Position numbers and translations under genes: made by a program. This document shows positions 25,291 to 37,900 of a DNA stretch of 64,000 nt, in pieces. The stretch is from assembly GCA_973895155.1 (NCBI GenBank), contig OZ316892.1:9280283-9344282 (forward strand), in the 5' to 3' direction. Below the pieces are notes generated by a model, which saw only the letters and a program-made list of their open reading frames with translations, was not told the DNA's origin and made no database searches. Each line of letters begins with the position of its first letter. Position 1 is the stretch's first letter. This DNA comes from Marsupella aquatica. Its lineage: Eukaryota > Plantae > Marchantiophyta.

Positions 25291-25311
25291 GGGCCCTGTT
25301 TTCTTCTAGTG
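25291..25311 (-). repeat. CACTA terminal inverted repeat (one end)
   Basis: GGGCCCTGTTTTCTTCTAGTG, i.e. CACTAGAAGAAAACAGGGCCC on minus. The flanking 3 bp AAT is the candidate TSD. Confidence 0.85.
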
Positions 25312-27182
25312 AATCAAAGCTGTCGATAGACAAATTGAGCATGAATAAAAGCGCACTACACCTGAAGATTGAAAGAGGTGAAACAAACCTGAATGATGAA
25401 TGGAAGGAGCTGAAACAAGCTGCCAAAAAGTAGTTCGAGCTGCTGAAACACGTTGATCAAGCTGATATGAGCTTAAAATTGGCTGACACAAGCTGATACG
25501 AGCACTCCCAAAAAACTAGCTGCAACGAACCCAACGGGCTCCTAAGAATCCCTTCGAGCAAACTAGAAGTGAATACGAGCTGTAAATGCGAGCTGCAACG
25601 CGCCAACGAGCTCCTGGTCAAAACGATCGACAACTACTAAGAGCTGCAATGCGCCGACAAGCACCTGACCACAACGAACGAGCTGCAACGACAAAAATGA
25701 AATCCATGGCAAGAGCGAGCGCGAGAGCGAGAGTGAGAGCGACGAGCGCAGGCGTGCGAAAGTCTAGGGAGCGAGAAACAACAACAATGAACAGTGAACT
25801 CGAGACCGTGGGCGCCGATACTAAGGAAGGACTAATTAGGGTATTGTTTTAGCATAGCCCTAATAACAGCCTAGCGACAAGAAGGTTCCAGATGATCTCC
25901 GTACACTCCACCATCGACTCAACAAACTATGCAATCATGAAAAAAAGATTACCGGATTCCTTTTGATTTGCCGGACTAAAGGAGATTTCTATTTGATCGC
26001 CAATTTGAAATTTAAACCGGTAATTATGCAACTGCGAAAGATTGTTAGTGGGGACCCCTGGATCCGGATCCGTATCTTCACTATATCTGCCAATTCAAAT
26101 CCAAAATGTGAAAGAACGACAACTTTCCCACGATCGTTCCATCATGTAGTGGAGGCGAACTTCAAAATCATTCCATTTTGGTAGTGGAGACCTTCGGATC
26201 CGGATCCGTACTCCACTCTCTATCTTGCCAATTCAAACCCAAACTCTAAACAACGTAAAACAATTCTCACGGTCGGGGAGAACCAATATTCAAAATCAAT
26301 TCTGTACAATGATTCTCACGACTGGAGATTCAACCAATTTTCAAAATCAAAATCAAGTCCAGATGAACACATCCTTCATGTAGTCAATAGACTGATCTCA
26401 TTGCTCATGGATCATTCTTCATTTTCAGTTTCTCCTGACCAGGATACTAGATGGGCTCTCAGCGGAGGCTGATCCAAGGCACATTTAAGATGGAGCATAT
26501 TGGATCATTCGACTATTCCAGTCAGAGGCGGAGCTCATTCAAGCAACGCTGGCGCAGTTCTTGTTGTATCACCTTCAATCTTGGGGAGAGCACATCCGAT
26601 CAAGCGGGAGAGTTGCGACGAAGTGAAACGACAAAGATTTAGAACCTCCATAGTCTGCCTCATTCATCGAAGCATTCTAGCGGACCAATAAAGAGCGGCT
26701 ATTCTAAAATCATTGTTTGGTCGAGGATTTTGATCTTGATACGATCAACAAGTTGTCATTCTCTGGTGGTGGGATTCGGTCACGATACTCAAGGAAATTG
26801 GAGTTTGAAGGAGGAGGCTTAGTTGGCTGGGACGAGGAGGAGGCTACGCTGGAATGAAAAGGCTTGGCTGGGAGGAGGGTTTCCGCTAACATCGGAGGGT
26901 TGCCGCCAACATTGCTCAGACCACACGCAACTGAATAACTTGTAAGTATCAATCAGCATTAATTCCGCAATAAATGAGGAGAGTAGTTGCTTTCAAACAC
27001 GCATTCAATGCATGAATTGAGTCAATGAAGTTATGGTCCAATTTCTCACTCCGATTTTGATCAATCCGTGTTTCAAGTCCAATACAGAAGCAATGTATCA
27101 GAAGTACTAGTAGAGGATCCGAATGAATTCTCTAGTCTAAAATTGTATGGCGTTCAAGTATAGTTGTCCGTACGTTTTGCCA

Positions 27183-27788
27183 TTGTTTATTGTAGTCGAC
27201 GGCCTAGCAAAACAAAACGTAATCGAGGTCCATTTCTCAGATCAAACTGATCTCAACTTGTTAGTAGGATGACCTGATTTTTTGGTTACACATGTAGTTC
27301 ATCACGCGCACAGTCGCGTGAACCAATTTATCTCATGTCTTTTGATATTGTTTATTGTAGTCGACAGCCTAGCAAATTGGCCAACAATCTATTTTAAAAC
27401 CAAGGTCTTCGTTTCATCACGCGCACGGTCGCGTTAATGTTTTAGAGGTCAGCGAAAGCTGTGCACTCTTAGACGTAGTCGCCCTTTATTTCTCAGATCT
27501 GTCTGATCTCAACTTGTTAGTAGGATGACCTGTTTTTTTGGTTACACATGTAGTTCGTCACGCGCACAGTCGCGTGAACCAATTTATCTCGTGTCTTTTG
27601 ATATTGTTTATTGTAGTCGACAGCCTAGCGAATTGGCCAGCAATCTATTTTTAAACCGAGGTCTGCGTTTCATCACGCGCCCGGTCGCATTAATGTTTTA
27701 GAGGTCAGTGAAAGCTCTGCACTCTTAGACGTAATCGCCCTTTATTTCTCAGATCTTCTTGATCTCAACTTGTTAGTAGGATGACCTG
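27183..27788 (+). repeat. ~256-bp tandem repeat, ~2.4 copies
   Basis: TTTCTCAGATC...TGATCTCAACTTGTTAGTAGGATGACCTG at ~27233, 27489 and 27746. Confidence 0.9.
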
Positions 27789-28043
27789 TAACACGATTTC
27801 GGACCGACCGAGAAGTGTGTCGGAGTTCTCGTTTAGCCCGATCCCATTTTTTTCTAAGGCAATGCAATGACCGATAAAACTGTCAAAAACTCTCCGAAAC
27901 GACACTTTCCTCCATTGCATCGCCGCGGGAATGCAGGGAGTGATACGTGCATCGGGTTTTACATTCCGTCAGTGAAAAAGTCCAAACTGTGAGTAACTTG
28001 GTCCGAACCGCGTAATCCAGGAATGACCACGCACTAACCCAGG

Positions 28044-28112
28044 TAAAGGGGAAACTTAACCATGGTTAAGGGGAAATTAACCATGGTTTAGAGCGTCTCC
28101 TATATAAAGAGG
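28044..28112 (+). promoter_or_regulatory. Candidate promoter: duplicated AAGGGGAAA(C/-)TTAACCATGGTT followed by TATATAAA
   Basis: Motif duplication and a TATA box (CCTATATAAAGAG, ~28099-28111) upstream of the plus-strand cargo ORFs. Confidence 0.35.
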
Positions 28113-29225
28113 AGCGGGCTGCCCATAAAACGTTTGCTTTCGCCAGAGCAAATATCTCCTGACTGAGAGCGAATACCAAACTCCCATCGAGTCTTACATT
28201 CCTCCCAAGCGATTCGACTCTTTCTACCGAAAACCCGATAAATTTATCGGAACAGCCATTCCTGTTCAAGTTCTCCATGTAAGACTAACTAGTCATTTAG
28301 TGTAAAATGTCCAGATCCGAGCGGACTACGATAAATTTATCGCATCCTGAATTCCTCTGTTGCAATCATTTGATCCAGTGTTTAGAGAGGTGTTGCCTTC
28401 ATTCCGATAAATTTATCGGAGTCTTCATTCCTTTCATGGAAAGAGGAGTAATTGAGAATCCGATAAATTTATTGGAGTTGTCATTTTTGTGAAAGATTGA
28501 ATTCAGGGCTTAGGTGTTTGAGGAAGTCATATTTTCAATTTGAATGCGGAGTGCGATAAACTTATCGCATCCTCCTGTGAGAATCATTTTCCTTTGTTTT
28601 GTTTGGAGACTCATCTTCATCTCTGATGTCGCAGTGTTGCCGGGTTTAGGAGGCACAACGGAAGGTCAATTGCACTCTGTGGACAACAGGTATTGTGACA
28701 AATGGCTGTCTTCCTTGAAAATAGTGTCAAACGTGCACGCCAGTTGTACAAGAGACTCGTGCGACTCAAAGTTCTCCCCATCGGTATAGGAGCATTGTGG
28801 ATGGGTGGTACTGATCCTGGAGATAGGTAGAATCCTCTCCGCATTGAATTTTGCGGAATGAATGATGCAGGAGTTCCAATTCGTTCGAGGTTGATGTTAA
28901 CGGCGTGTTTACATTCTTTGGAGTTTTCTTGTAACTATTGTTGTCGTCGTCTTGACAACAAGTACCACAAACAGGCTCACTTCTGTTGTAAGATTTGGAA
29001 CGAAGACCCTTGGGTGAACCTTTCACGATGAGTGTTTCGACCTTTGCATTGAGGCGCGTCTTGTAAGGACATATTTAAATAAACAAGTCCTACCCTTGCG
29101 CAGCGAATATAATATGTCACAAGTCCTAATCGTTAAACTGTCATGCAGGGTTGGTACTGTGGATGTGTTTGGTTACACCTGGTGATTGAAGGTATTTTTA
29201 TTGGTGGTTTTGGTAGCTCTGCTTC

Positions 29226-29774
29226 ATGGCTGCGTCGGAGAATCTAATCGTTGCAAAGATGGGATCTGTTTTAGCCCACGAGCGTAGGAAATATATTCGA
29301 GGAAAAGTGCCCGGTGTGGAATGTGGAAGTTTGTTGAATGGACTTCCTGATCAACTCGTTGAATCTCACATTTGGCCCCTCCTAGCCTTGTCTTGCACAC
29401 AAGATGAACACCTTGGCCTTGACCTAAAACTTCTACCAGAAGAACGACTGACTCGAACGAGAACAATCATTTGTCTTGGAGCCACCTCAAAGAAATGGAA
29501 CCATCTTGTTGTTGGTACACAATTTTGGGCGCTATTGAAATATGCAGTCCGTGAGATCAATGACATAAACAAAATGCTCGCAAGCATTCCTAATGCCGAC
29601 CTTCTCTCAAACATACATATTGCTAGGGTCTTCCGAGAGGAAACTCATTTCCTCCCTCCCATAGATATGCTTGGGTGCTTTTCGTATGAGCAGTTAGATC
29701 AGTTTCTTAGAGTTTGGATAAATCTTGGAGAAAGCGGGAAGCAAACAATTCTTGCATGGCATGGACGAGTCTGA
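29226..29774 (+). CDS. F-box-like protein, 182 aa (transposon cargo)
   Basis: LLNGLPDQLVESHIWPLL...ICLGATSKKWNHLV resembles the F-box consensus (LPD...L...V.K.W..LV). Intact ORF. Confidence 0.55.
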   Translation: MAASENLIVAKMGSVLAHERRKYIRGKVPGVECGSLLNGLPDQLVESHIWPLLALSCTQDEHLGLDLKLLPEERLTRTRTIICLGATSKKWNHLVVGTQFWALLKYAVREINDINKMLASIPNADLLSNIHIARVFREETHFLPPIDMLGCFSYEQLDQFLRVWINLGESGKQTILAWHGRV

Positions 29775-30089
29775 GTGGATGAGGCATTGCTGCGAACATC
29801 CGATAAATTTATCGCACTCCTCATTCCTCTAGTCGATTTTGGGTGCTCTAAGGTTTGCTCGAGAAGAGCTTGTAAAGAAACACTTTGAATGTAATTGACT
29901 CTGCCTCCCCTGACTTCGGGTTGTGTGGTCCAGAGTGTATTTGTTTGCGCCTCTTTGGACGATTAGCTGACAAGTGCATTGGCTTCACAGCCCGTTATAC
30001 AAGGTACTGTAAAGTTGGATGAAACTTGTAGAATTGTAATTAGTATGTTCTCCAAAATTTATTCCTGATTTCTATTCGGTGATCAGGCC

Positions 30090-30518
30090 ATGCTCGAGCG
30101 ACGCATTTTTGTACCCTACCCGGATCCTCCAGAATGGGGGAATGGAGCCATGCTGGACCAGCTAAGGAGGCTGGATGAGTCACTAATTTTAAAGATATGC
30201 AAGCTGGTAGTAAAACCGTTTTACCATAACGCATTTCACTTCTACGTAGATCAGGTAGGGGGAGAAATTTATATTCGGTGGGATAGATATGTTGGATTTT
30301 CTAGAAGAGTTATCCTACTCTTTCTGAAAACCGGTGCAGTAAGACGTTTTATACTCCACTGCTGTCATGTTGTGAAGGGAAATCCTGCTTATGAGCCAGA
30401 ATTCTATGCCAACAACAGACGTAGAGCATTCGATGAGATTCAAGATGTGATTGACGAGCTGGACAATCCTCTTGCCACCGAGTTTTTTATTGACACTAGT
30501 GGGAAACTATATTCATAA
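30090..30518 (+). CDS. Hypothetical protein, 142 aa (transposon cargo)
   Basis: ATG-TAA ORF with globular-looking composition, co-oriented with its neighbours. No recognised motif. Confidence 0.45.
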   Translation: MLERRIFVPYPDPPEWGNGAMLDQLRRLDESLILKICKLVVKPFYHNAFHFYVDQVGGEIYIRWDRYVGFSRRVILLFLKTGAVRRFILHCCHVVKGNPAYEPEFYANNRRRAFDEIQDVIDELDNPLATEFFIDTSGKLYS

Positions 30519-30563
30519 AAGATTCGTCAACTCCCCCCCCAGCCGGTCTGTGCGCTCTTTAAC

Positions 30564-30803
30564 TTGATCTATGTAAGTTGCCTGTGGACGAACGTCCTTG
30601 CCAATGGTGAGATCTGTCCATGCTGCACAAATGCTTGTTGTGACATTCCGTCACGCCGGTATTCAATAGCAGTAGTGAATCCTGAGACTGGTGAAGTTGA
30701 TTTCCATTGGCTGTGGGCTTATGATCATCGCGTCACTCATATTCCCCAATGGCCCAAGAAGCGGATCGAACGCTTCGCTCTGGCGAGGTTCAACTATGAT
30801 TAG
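30564..30803 (+). CDS. Possible small Cys-rich ORF or exon (CPCC...CC)
   Basis: Short ORF without an ATG start, co-oriented with the cargo cluster. Confidence 0.25.
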   Translation: MIYVSCLWTNVLANGEICPCCTNACCDIPSRRYSIAVVNPETGEVDFHWLWAYDHRVTHIPQWPKKRIERFALARFNYD

Positions 30804-30860
30804 GGTTTAGGTTTAGGGGTTAAGGTTTAGGTTTAGGGGTTAAGGTTTTGGATTTAGGGT
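30801..30860 (+). repeat. Degenerate telomere-like (TTTAGGG/TTAGG) tract, telo-box-like
   Basis: TAGGGTTTAGGTTTAGGGGTTAAGGTTTAGGTTTAGGGGTTAAGG..., ~200 bp upstream of the ParB-MTase ATG. Confidence 0.75.
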
Positions 30861-31058
30861 TCCGTAGCTGATTCTTCAACCTGTACCTCGGCCGTCAATT
30901 TAAAGAAGGCTCACTTTTGCGATAATTTTATCGGTCATTTGCATTGCGGGTCTCTTTGTCCTTGTGTGATGAGATGTCGTGTCCACATGTGTTGTGAGAT
31001 TGGCGGCGATAATTTTATCGCTCTTTGCATTGGAATTTGTTTATTTGCAGACTTTGCC

Positions 31059-34000
31059 ATGGCTGCTAGTGGAAAGAGTGGATCTGCTGAGATAGAAAGT
31101 CTCATGACAAGCCTCACCAATGCAATTTGGACGAGTGAAGATATTTGTGAAGAGGTCAAGTGTATCAAGAAGTCATGGTACTTCCGTGACGCCAGATTAC
31201 AGTCCACGGGTTTCGAAGATTGTGCTACCCCAATCCTTTGGGTCCAGTTGCAAAAATCGGCGAAGGTTAATGTTTCGTATGGCCCTGTCATTGTTGTTGC
31301 CGTCGTCGAGTTCATGGTTGGCCACAGGGAGGGAAAATTGTTGACAGATGGCCTTAGTTTCTTGACAATGTGTGGGCGCAAGGGTTTCACATCTCTCATT
31401 GTTACTCTCGATAACTTTGATGAGAAATCGATGGACAGTTATCCAGAAGATCCCCTTGTTGTGGAAGTTCGGGCAACAAGAGAGATGAATGTTATGGGTT
31501 CGGCTTGGATCGGCCAGTATGTGCAAGATTGTGATGCCATCATGCTTCCAAGGGTGAATGCAGAGTACAAGAGACTTGTGGGTGAAGAGTTCAAACCTGT
31601 CCGCAAAATTGTTTTCAAGAAACCAGGTTCAAGTGGCAGCGGTGGTTCTAATGCCGATAAAATGTCGGGGCGAAAAGAACCATTGCAATCCTCTACACAT
31701 ATTGACGTGGACGAACCTACAACTTCTGGTCGGGTTTCGGGAAGTGGAAGAGGGAAAGGGAGAGGTAGCGGCAGGGGGGATGCCGCGGGAACCTCTGACG
31801 GTGGGAAGAAGAGCCAGGAAACTGGCGATAGTGGGAGAGGCCGGGGCAACCGTCGAGGACCATCCGTTAAACCAAGCGAAAGTAAAGGATCCGAGGGATC
31901 CGGGCCATCTGGTTTTGGACTTAACACAAAGAGGAAGAGGACTGGCTGGACTGAGATGGTGGCTGCAGAAGTAGATAGAGCTCCGTCAATTCCATCAGTT
32001 CCAGTCGCGGTTCCTGCGGCGCCATTGGTAAGTACTACGTCGTTGTACTGTTTAACAAATATGAAATCCGATAAAAATCTCGCTATTTATTTCCTGAATT
32101 GCGGATTGTGGAGTTATGTTGAACAAATGCAAACTCCGATAAAAATCTCGTAGTTTCTTTCCTTAATTGAATTTGCAACGCTTTTGTAGGTTGATGAGAA
32201 GGAGGAGATGGCTCTTTCGATGTATGAGACGGACGCGATCAAGGCAGAGCTCAGTCTTCTGATGCAACGAAGGGTGCAAAGGACAACTGTGCTTCTGCAT
32301 GTCGACAATCTCATATTTGATGAGGAGGGGGATTTGTCAACTTTGATTAGACCAGTGGATAGATTGCATGTGGAAAATATCAAGATACTTCTCATGAAAA
32401 ACCCCACCAACTTCAGTGCCCCGTTCGTGCTGTGTGTGGATCCGAAGGATTGTCCCACAACTGCAGATTGGGACATCCTGAAGTCAAGGGTATGGAAGTA
32501 TAGAATTATTGGAGGGAATCATGGTGCTCGGGCAAAGTCCGAGTTGTTTAAAATGTACGGGAAGCAAATCTATGGTGAGCTGGAAGCTTGGGTTTACGCT
32601 GGGCTTACGAGATCCGAGGTCCAAAAGTTAGGCTTCCAACATAACTATGACCAGGAGTATCGGAAGAACATGACTAAAATTGACCAAGTTCGCGCTTGTC
32701 ACAATATTTTCCTTGAAATGGGTGTGGGCTCGACTAAAAATGTCCGCGAAGCATGTTGTCAAGAATGCATGATGGAGTACACGCCAGGAGTTCGTGACTC
32801 CATGGCCAAACATGATCCGGCTTTCCAAATTGCTTTCCGAACAGGTGAAATTTGGGATCTTCAGGAGCAGATTTTCCAAATGTGGGAGAAAGATATTGTC
32901 TTAGGACAACCCAAAAAAATTGTGGCAATGACGAACGCAAAGGGAAAGGTAAAACCTTTGACGGTAAGGGAGATTAAAATGAATAAACTTGTTGGTGACC
33001 TCAACTTAAATTCATTTCGAGGTCTCCAAGGACTATCAAATAAGGAGCATGTGAAGCGTATCTTGAATAGGGTTATCGGGAAGGTGATCACTTTGGATCA
33101 AATGCACAAGGAAGGTGGGAAGTTGAAAAAGCTTGCCAAGGTGAAGAAACTATTTTTGCAGATATCTGGTCAGCCAGATTGGGCAACATGCAGAGAAATG
33201 TTTCCCAACGAAACAAATGGCTCGGTCCTTGGCATATGGGCGGAGAAATTGAGTGACGCGGTAAGCATTCCTCTCACAGCATGCTCTATCACGAGATTTT
33301 TATCGGCTTTAGCATTCCTTTGTTGGTTTCTGAGCGATTGCATCTATCAGCTAGCGTGCTCCATCGGGAGATTTTTATCGGCTTTAGCATTCCTTTGTTG
33401 GTTTCTAAGCGATTCCATCTGTCGGCTAGCGTGCTCCATCGCAAGATTTTTATCGGCTTTAGCATTCATCTCACGCTATTCTAACTGTAGATGTGTCTGA
33501 CATTTTTATAGCTGAAGATTAATTCAAAAAGGAAAAGCAAAGTGGTTCCGGCTGTCACTTATAATTATGCGGGGGAGGTTATTGTTCCCTCAGCTGAAAT
33601 CCCTTATGTGTTTAAGAATTGTGTGCTTGCTGCAATCGATAAGTACAATCGGCTGAGGTCCTTAGGCGAGGGCACAGCAGAAGCGTTTGAACAAACATGG
33701 AAAAATGCAGACGGGTATTCTTTTCCCTACTATCTCCATGTTGGTGATGTTTGAATTTTGGATTCTTTTGTTCAGCCAAGGGCTTACACCCTTGCGGTTG
33801 CGGATATTCCGTATGGTTTTAATGCTCCTGGTTCGGAGTTTGATGAAGTGGCCTTCACAGAAAAGGACATTTTAGACATGTTGACAAGTTTCTCAAAGAT
33901 GACGACCGCTAAGCAGTGGAGGTTTGTTGTGATCCATTCACTACAACAAACGCATATGGTGATGTCTGCACTGGAGAGTGTATGCAACTGTGGGGTCGAG

Positions 34001-34624
34001 GCTGGAATCTGGGAGAAGACTAACATTCATGAGCGTCCCGCTGGAGCTCGATTGGCGTGGGGTTTTGAAAACTGGTCGATAGGTTTCTATAGCAAGGAAG
34101 GCATTCGGAACATGGACATGTACAATTTCCAACCGGATGAGTCTCGCGTCAATATCATCAAGGTTCCATGTGTAACCAAGAAGTCCATTGATCCGTTGGA
34201 ATTTGTTGTGAACCCGTATTAGAAGCCTGTTGGTTTGGGGGCTTGGTTTGTTTCCCATTTCTCTGAGAAAGAGGATTGGGTTATTGATCTTTGTTGTGGA
34301 ACCGGATCGACATTAGCTGCTACGCTCCTCAATTCTCGCCAGGGTTGTGCTGTTGATAAGAGTTCTACGCAGATTGATTTTGTGAAATCCCGGATCATGA
34401 TTCTGGAGTCAAACTGGAATTTATATGAAGAATCCCAGATTGAAGGGCACGGCGTTGAAGGTCATGAGATTCAACCACCAATTGCAGGCCAATTGGGTGT
34501 TCTCAGGACATCGACTTACGTAGTTGAGGTCGTGAAGGAGACCGAAGAGGAACAAGAAGAAACTGAGGAAGAGCCTCCCAGAACACCAAATGAGGATGAT
34601 CTCAATGACATGTTATTAGATTAG
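31059..34624 (+). pseudogene. Spliced ParB/Srx-like domain + beta-class N6-adenine/N4-cytosine DNA methyltransferase fusion (~1050 codons; exons 31059-32027, 32190-33260, 33512-34624) with two in-frame stops
   Basis: Both introns are GT-AG, phase 0, and join the ORFs in frame. ParB-like segment LIRPVDRLHVENIK...YRIIGGNHGARA. MTase motif IV AVADIPYG precedes NPY*KP (cf. HPTQKP) and motif I DWVIDLCCGTGST...GCAVD, which is beta-class order. Stops TGA 33752-33754 and TAG 34220-34222 do not change the frame. Confidence 0.85.
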
Positions 34625-34954
34625 TTGCGTGTGCTCGTTAGGATAATGTCAATCACCATTGGAGTTGTCGATAAATTTATCGGATTCTGTATTCCATGAG
34701 GAAGAACCTTTGTCACATTTATTAATGCGATAAATTTATCGGACTTTGCATATATCGAACTGTTGCGGTGTTCTAGCTGGGGGAATGGAGTTGTCGATAA
34801 TCTTATCGGACTTAGCATTGTATGCTCTAACTGGTTTGTCATTGCAATTATTTCAAAAAAAGAATATCATTATAGCTGCGGAGTACATAGTCCCAGAACG
34901 ATAACCACTGTACATATTCATGGGAACGATAACCATTATAACTTAAACCTGCAA

Positions 34955-37900
34955 CTAGCTTTGACTATCAACGACTACAGTCTCCATTGCATTTTGAATG
35001 ATTCGTCTTGTTTGTATAGGGAGAGTACTATTTGCCAATAACGCAAAGTTATACGCATAAACGGCAGTTTCTGCTAGGGACAATTCATCCTCCAGTACTT
35101 TGCTAGACGAAGCCTCTTTCTTCGGATAATATCTGCCTTCAATTGCAGACTCTTCCTCTGAATCCATTGCATACCAAGTGATTTTAATCCACTCCGGGAT
35201 GTCGTTAATTCTTGTGAGAAACTCAGTCACTTTTGCCATCCAGAATGGTCTTCCCTTGGGATCCTGATGGGCTGCTACACATATCATTGCAAATTTAGTA
35301 TTCACCTCTAGATCCTTGAAGTCTTCAATTTCCGTGACTTTTCTTCGACTTCCGGAATACATGCCTATCCTCACACCCGCTACTTTATCAACCAAGCTAG
35401 GTTCCATTGCTGCTTCCGTAGGATTACTCGGAAGTTCTCTCTGTACGTTTACCTTGGGCCAACTCCAATCAAAACTCCATTGTGCAGGTTTCAGGTGGTG
35501 CTGAATCACTTCTTTTGTTTGTCAAAAAAATGACCCCACCATAGACGATCTTCGTCGTCAAAGTAATTGAATCCATCTTCAATTGCTCTTCGATATTTTT
35601 GAAGAGTTGACAAATAACTTTGAGCCGCCCGCTCATCTTGTTCCTCAGCATCATTCTCTTGCTCTTCATTGTCTCCTGTCACTCCCGTGGCCGACTTCAA
35701 TGCCATTTGTGGTGCGACCCACATTCCAGATGATGGAATGTACCGAACAAAATCCACCGTCTCCCCCCAATCGGTTGTCGTTGAAAGATGTTTGGCATGG
35801 AATACGGACCGAGCACTTCCATCTTCGAGTACTCTAGTAATCCGAAATTGTTTTTGAGCACTTATGCCGTGGAGAGTACGTAGAACCTGACCATCCATAT
35901 CCTTGTCATTTGCTTGATCCTTGTCTGACACAAATTTCTTGAAATCGGCAACCTCATTGACAAAAAATATCTTTGCCGTAGGATTGTAGGATTCCTCTAT
36001 GATTGCTGAAAGAGCGTCCAACCGGAAAGCTTTTCGCTTGTTCAATTTTGAAGAAAACTTGCTAAACATTTGATCAATTTGATCATGGGTGTGCCCCACC
36101 AATAGGAAACCAACCTTTATTTTCTGGAAAACACCTATCTCCACCAACATATTCAAATATGCCATAAGATATTTATTCTTGTTTTCCCGAGCTGTGTTAT
36201 CAAGCTGGAGGTAAAGCACTGGAGGGAGTAGACCTTCCCAGGTATTCAGAATATGCTGGATAACGTGGATGGTCAGGTTGCTATCATTGTGAATATTTGG
36301 ATAGTTCAAAAAAACATTTGAACTTAATTGTTTGTTGAAGATCAAACAACCCACTACGTGTACGGGGATGAAATACTTTTCATCCATATTCTTTGGACAC
36401 CAAATGAAATGAGGTAACTCTGTCTTCTTTTGATCCATTCCATCAATACAGATGCCCAAATATTTCTTCGGACTCTTGTAACATTTGCTCCGGTGCTTTG
36501 CTAACTTCTCCCTGTCGACTGCTTGTGCCTTCCGATGCTCGTTTAGCAATGTTGAGAATTTTCCTACAATAATACAAATGTTTAGGACAAAACATGATAA
36601 CCGCAATGTTGAACCCTGACAGCGATAAATTTATCGGGTTCAGTATTCAAACACAATACCGTAATGAAAAACTGTGACAGCGATAAATTTATCAAGTTCA
36701 GTATTCAAATTGTTCAAACGATATATTCACTCACATGGCCAAAGAAGAAGCACATGAATACTCAACCCGATAAAATTATCAGGAGTAACACACACGTTTA
36801 GAAACTTACTCTTTTTTGCTTTGAGTGTTGCCTTGTCACGGAGTGCTTTGAATTCAGTACACGGGGCGCAGGTGTAGAAACGGCTCCTTTTGGGGATGCG
36901 CATGCGAGGAAACTCCTTGTTCCAAATGCGAACAAACCACAAATATGTCATGCCTTGTTCTTGGCGCATTAGAGTTTCGGACTGGGAGGCATCAGGTCAA
37001 AAGCAAGCTTGAGGGGTACTGAAAAGTCTCCTATTTTCTCCACAAAAAGGATATACTCCTTGTCCTTATTCCAAGAATATTCCATAATGACCAAAATGTG
37101 ACATGGAATGGTTAGGATTGCTTGGAAAAACTTTAATGGTTAGATCTTGCATGCCAAGTCTTTGGAAGTGTGCACAACATTGTTGGAAGTGCCCCCAACC
37201 TTGCGGAAGTGTGTCCAACCTTTTGGGGAGGGTATTCAACCACATTTTAATGACATTTTCAGTCCTTTCCTTTAGTCCTTCAAAAGTGGTTGTCCTTAGT
37301 CCTGATTGCCTCCTTTGGTACCCCTCGATCTTGCTTTCCACTATCAAAAACTCTGTTTTTGTCCAATTGTCAGGTAAATGAAAGATATCCTTGTTGGGGA
37401 GACTCTCGACATTTGTGGAAAAAAAATCATCCAGCCATTGGACGAGACCAAGATGTGCGGGTGATTTTTCTCGACAAACTATACCGATCTGTATCCGAGA
37501 AAACATGTTCTGCGAGATTTTTTGGAGACGATTATTTCCTAGTGAAAATAATTTCTTAAAACCACTCCGACAAAAGGATCTACCGCTAACTGAGTCACCA
37601 CTTGCACCAGCATGCCCACCCTTCACACATCCTCTTAGAAGGACGTTCTTCTCTGGGTAGGATAGCCCATAGTAATAAGTGCGTTGTTTCGTCACGGCTA
37701 GCAGACCCAAATTCCTCAGACAGTAATTATCACAACACGAATACTTATGAATTTCTCTCATTTTGTTTCTATTCAATTTGTCATTTATCACATTGTCTTT
37801 CCTAGTAATTCGGTCCCTATCTTTTTTACTAGGCTCATTTGACTTCTCTACAGCCTGAAATCCGTTCATAACATTGGCATTTTTGGGTCCTTTAGGTGCC

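Larger units (their letters stand above)
3637..25311 (-). mobile_element. CACTA/EnSpm DNA transposon, >21 kb; the distal end is not in the window
   Basis: Canonical terminus CACTAGAAGAAAACAGGGCCC on minus starting at 25311. Dense ATGAC/GTCAT subterminal motifs. TnpD-like and TnpA-like genes are co-oriented on minus. Confidence 0.85.

Noticed and set aside
25312-27180. Possible additional element or gene 5' region
   Set aside because: Only short internal duplications (GGATCCGGATCCGTA) and weak ORFs; no termini, TSD or domains identified.
28236-28567. Palindrome cluster as a CRISPR array
   Set aside because: The repeat is only 14-18 bp, spacing is irregular (56-93 bp), and copies are dispersed through introns.
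31059-34624. Bacterial contamination or a restriction-modification locus
   Set aside because: The gene has in-frame GT-AG introns, sits in a eukaryotic transposon among plant TEs, and no endonuclease is visible.
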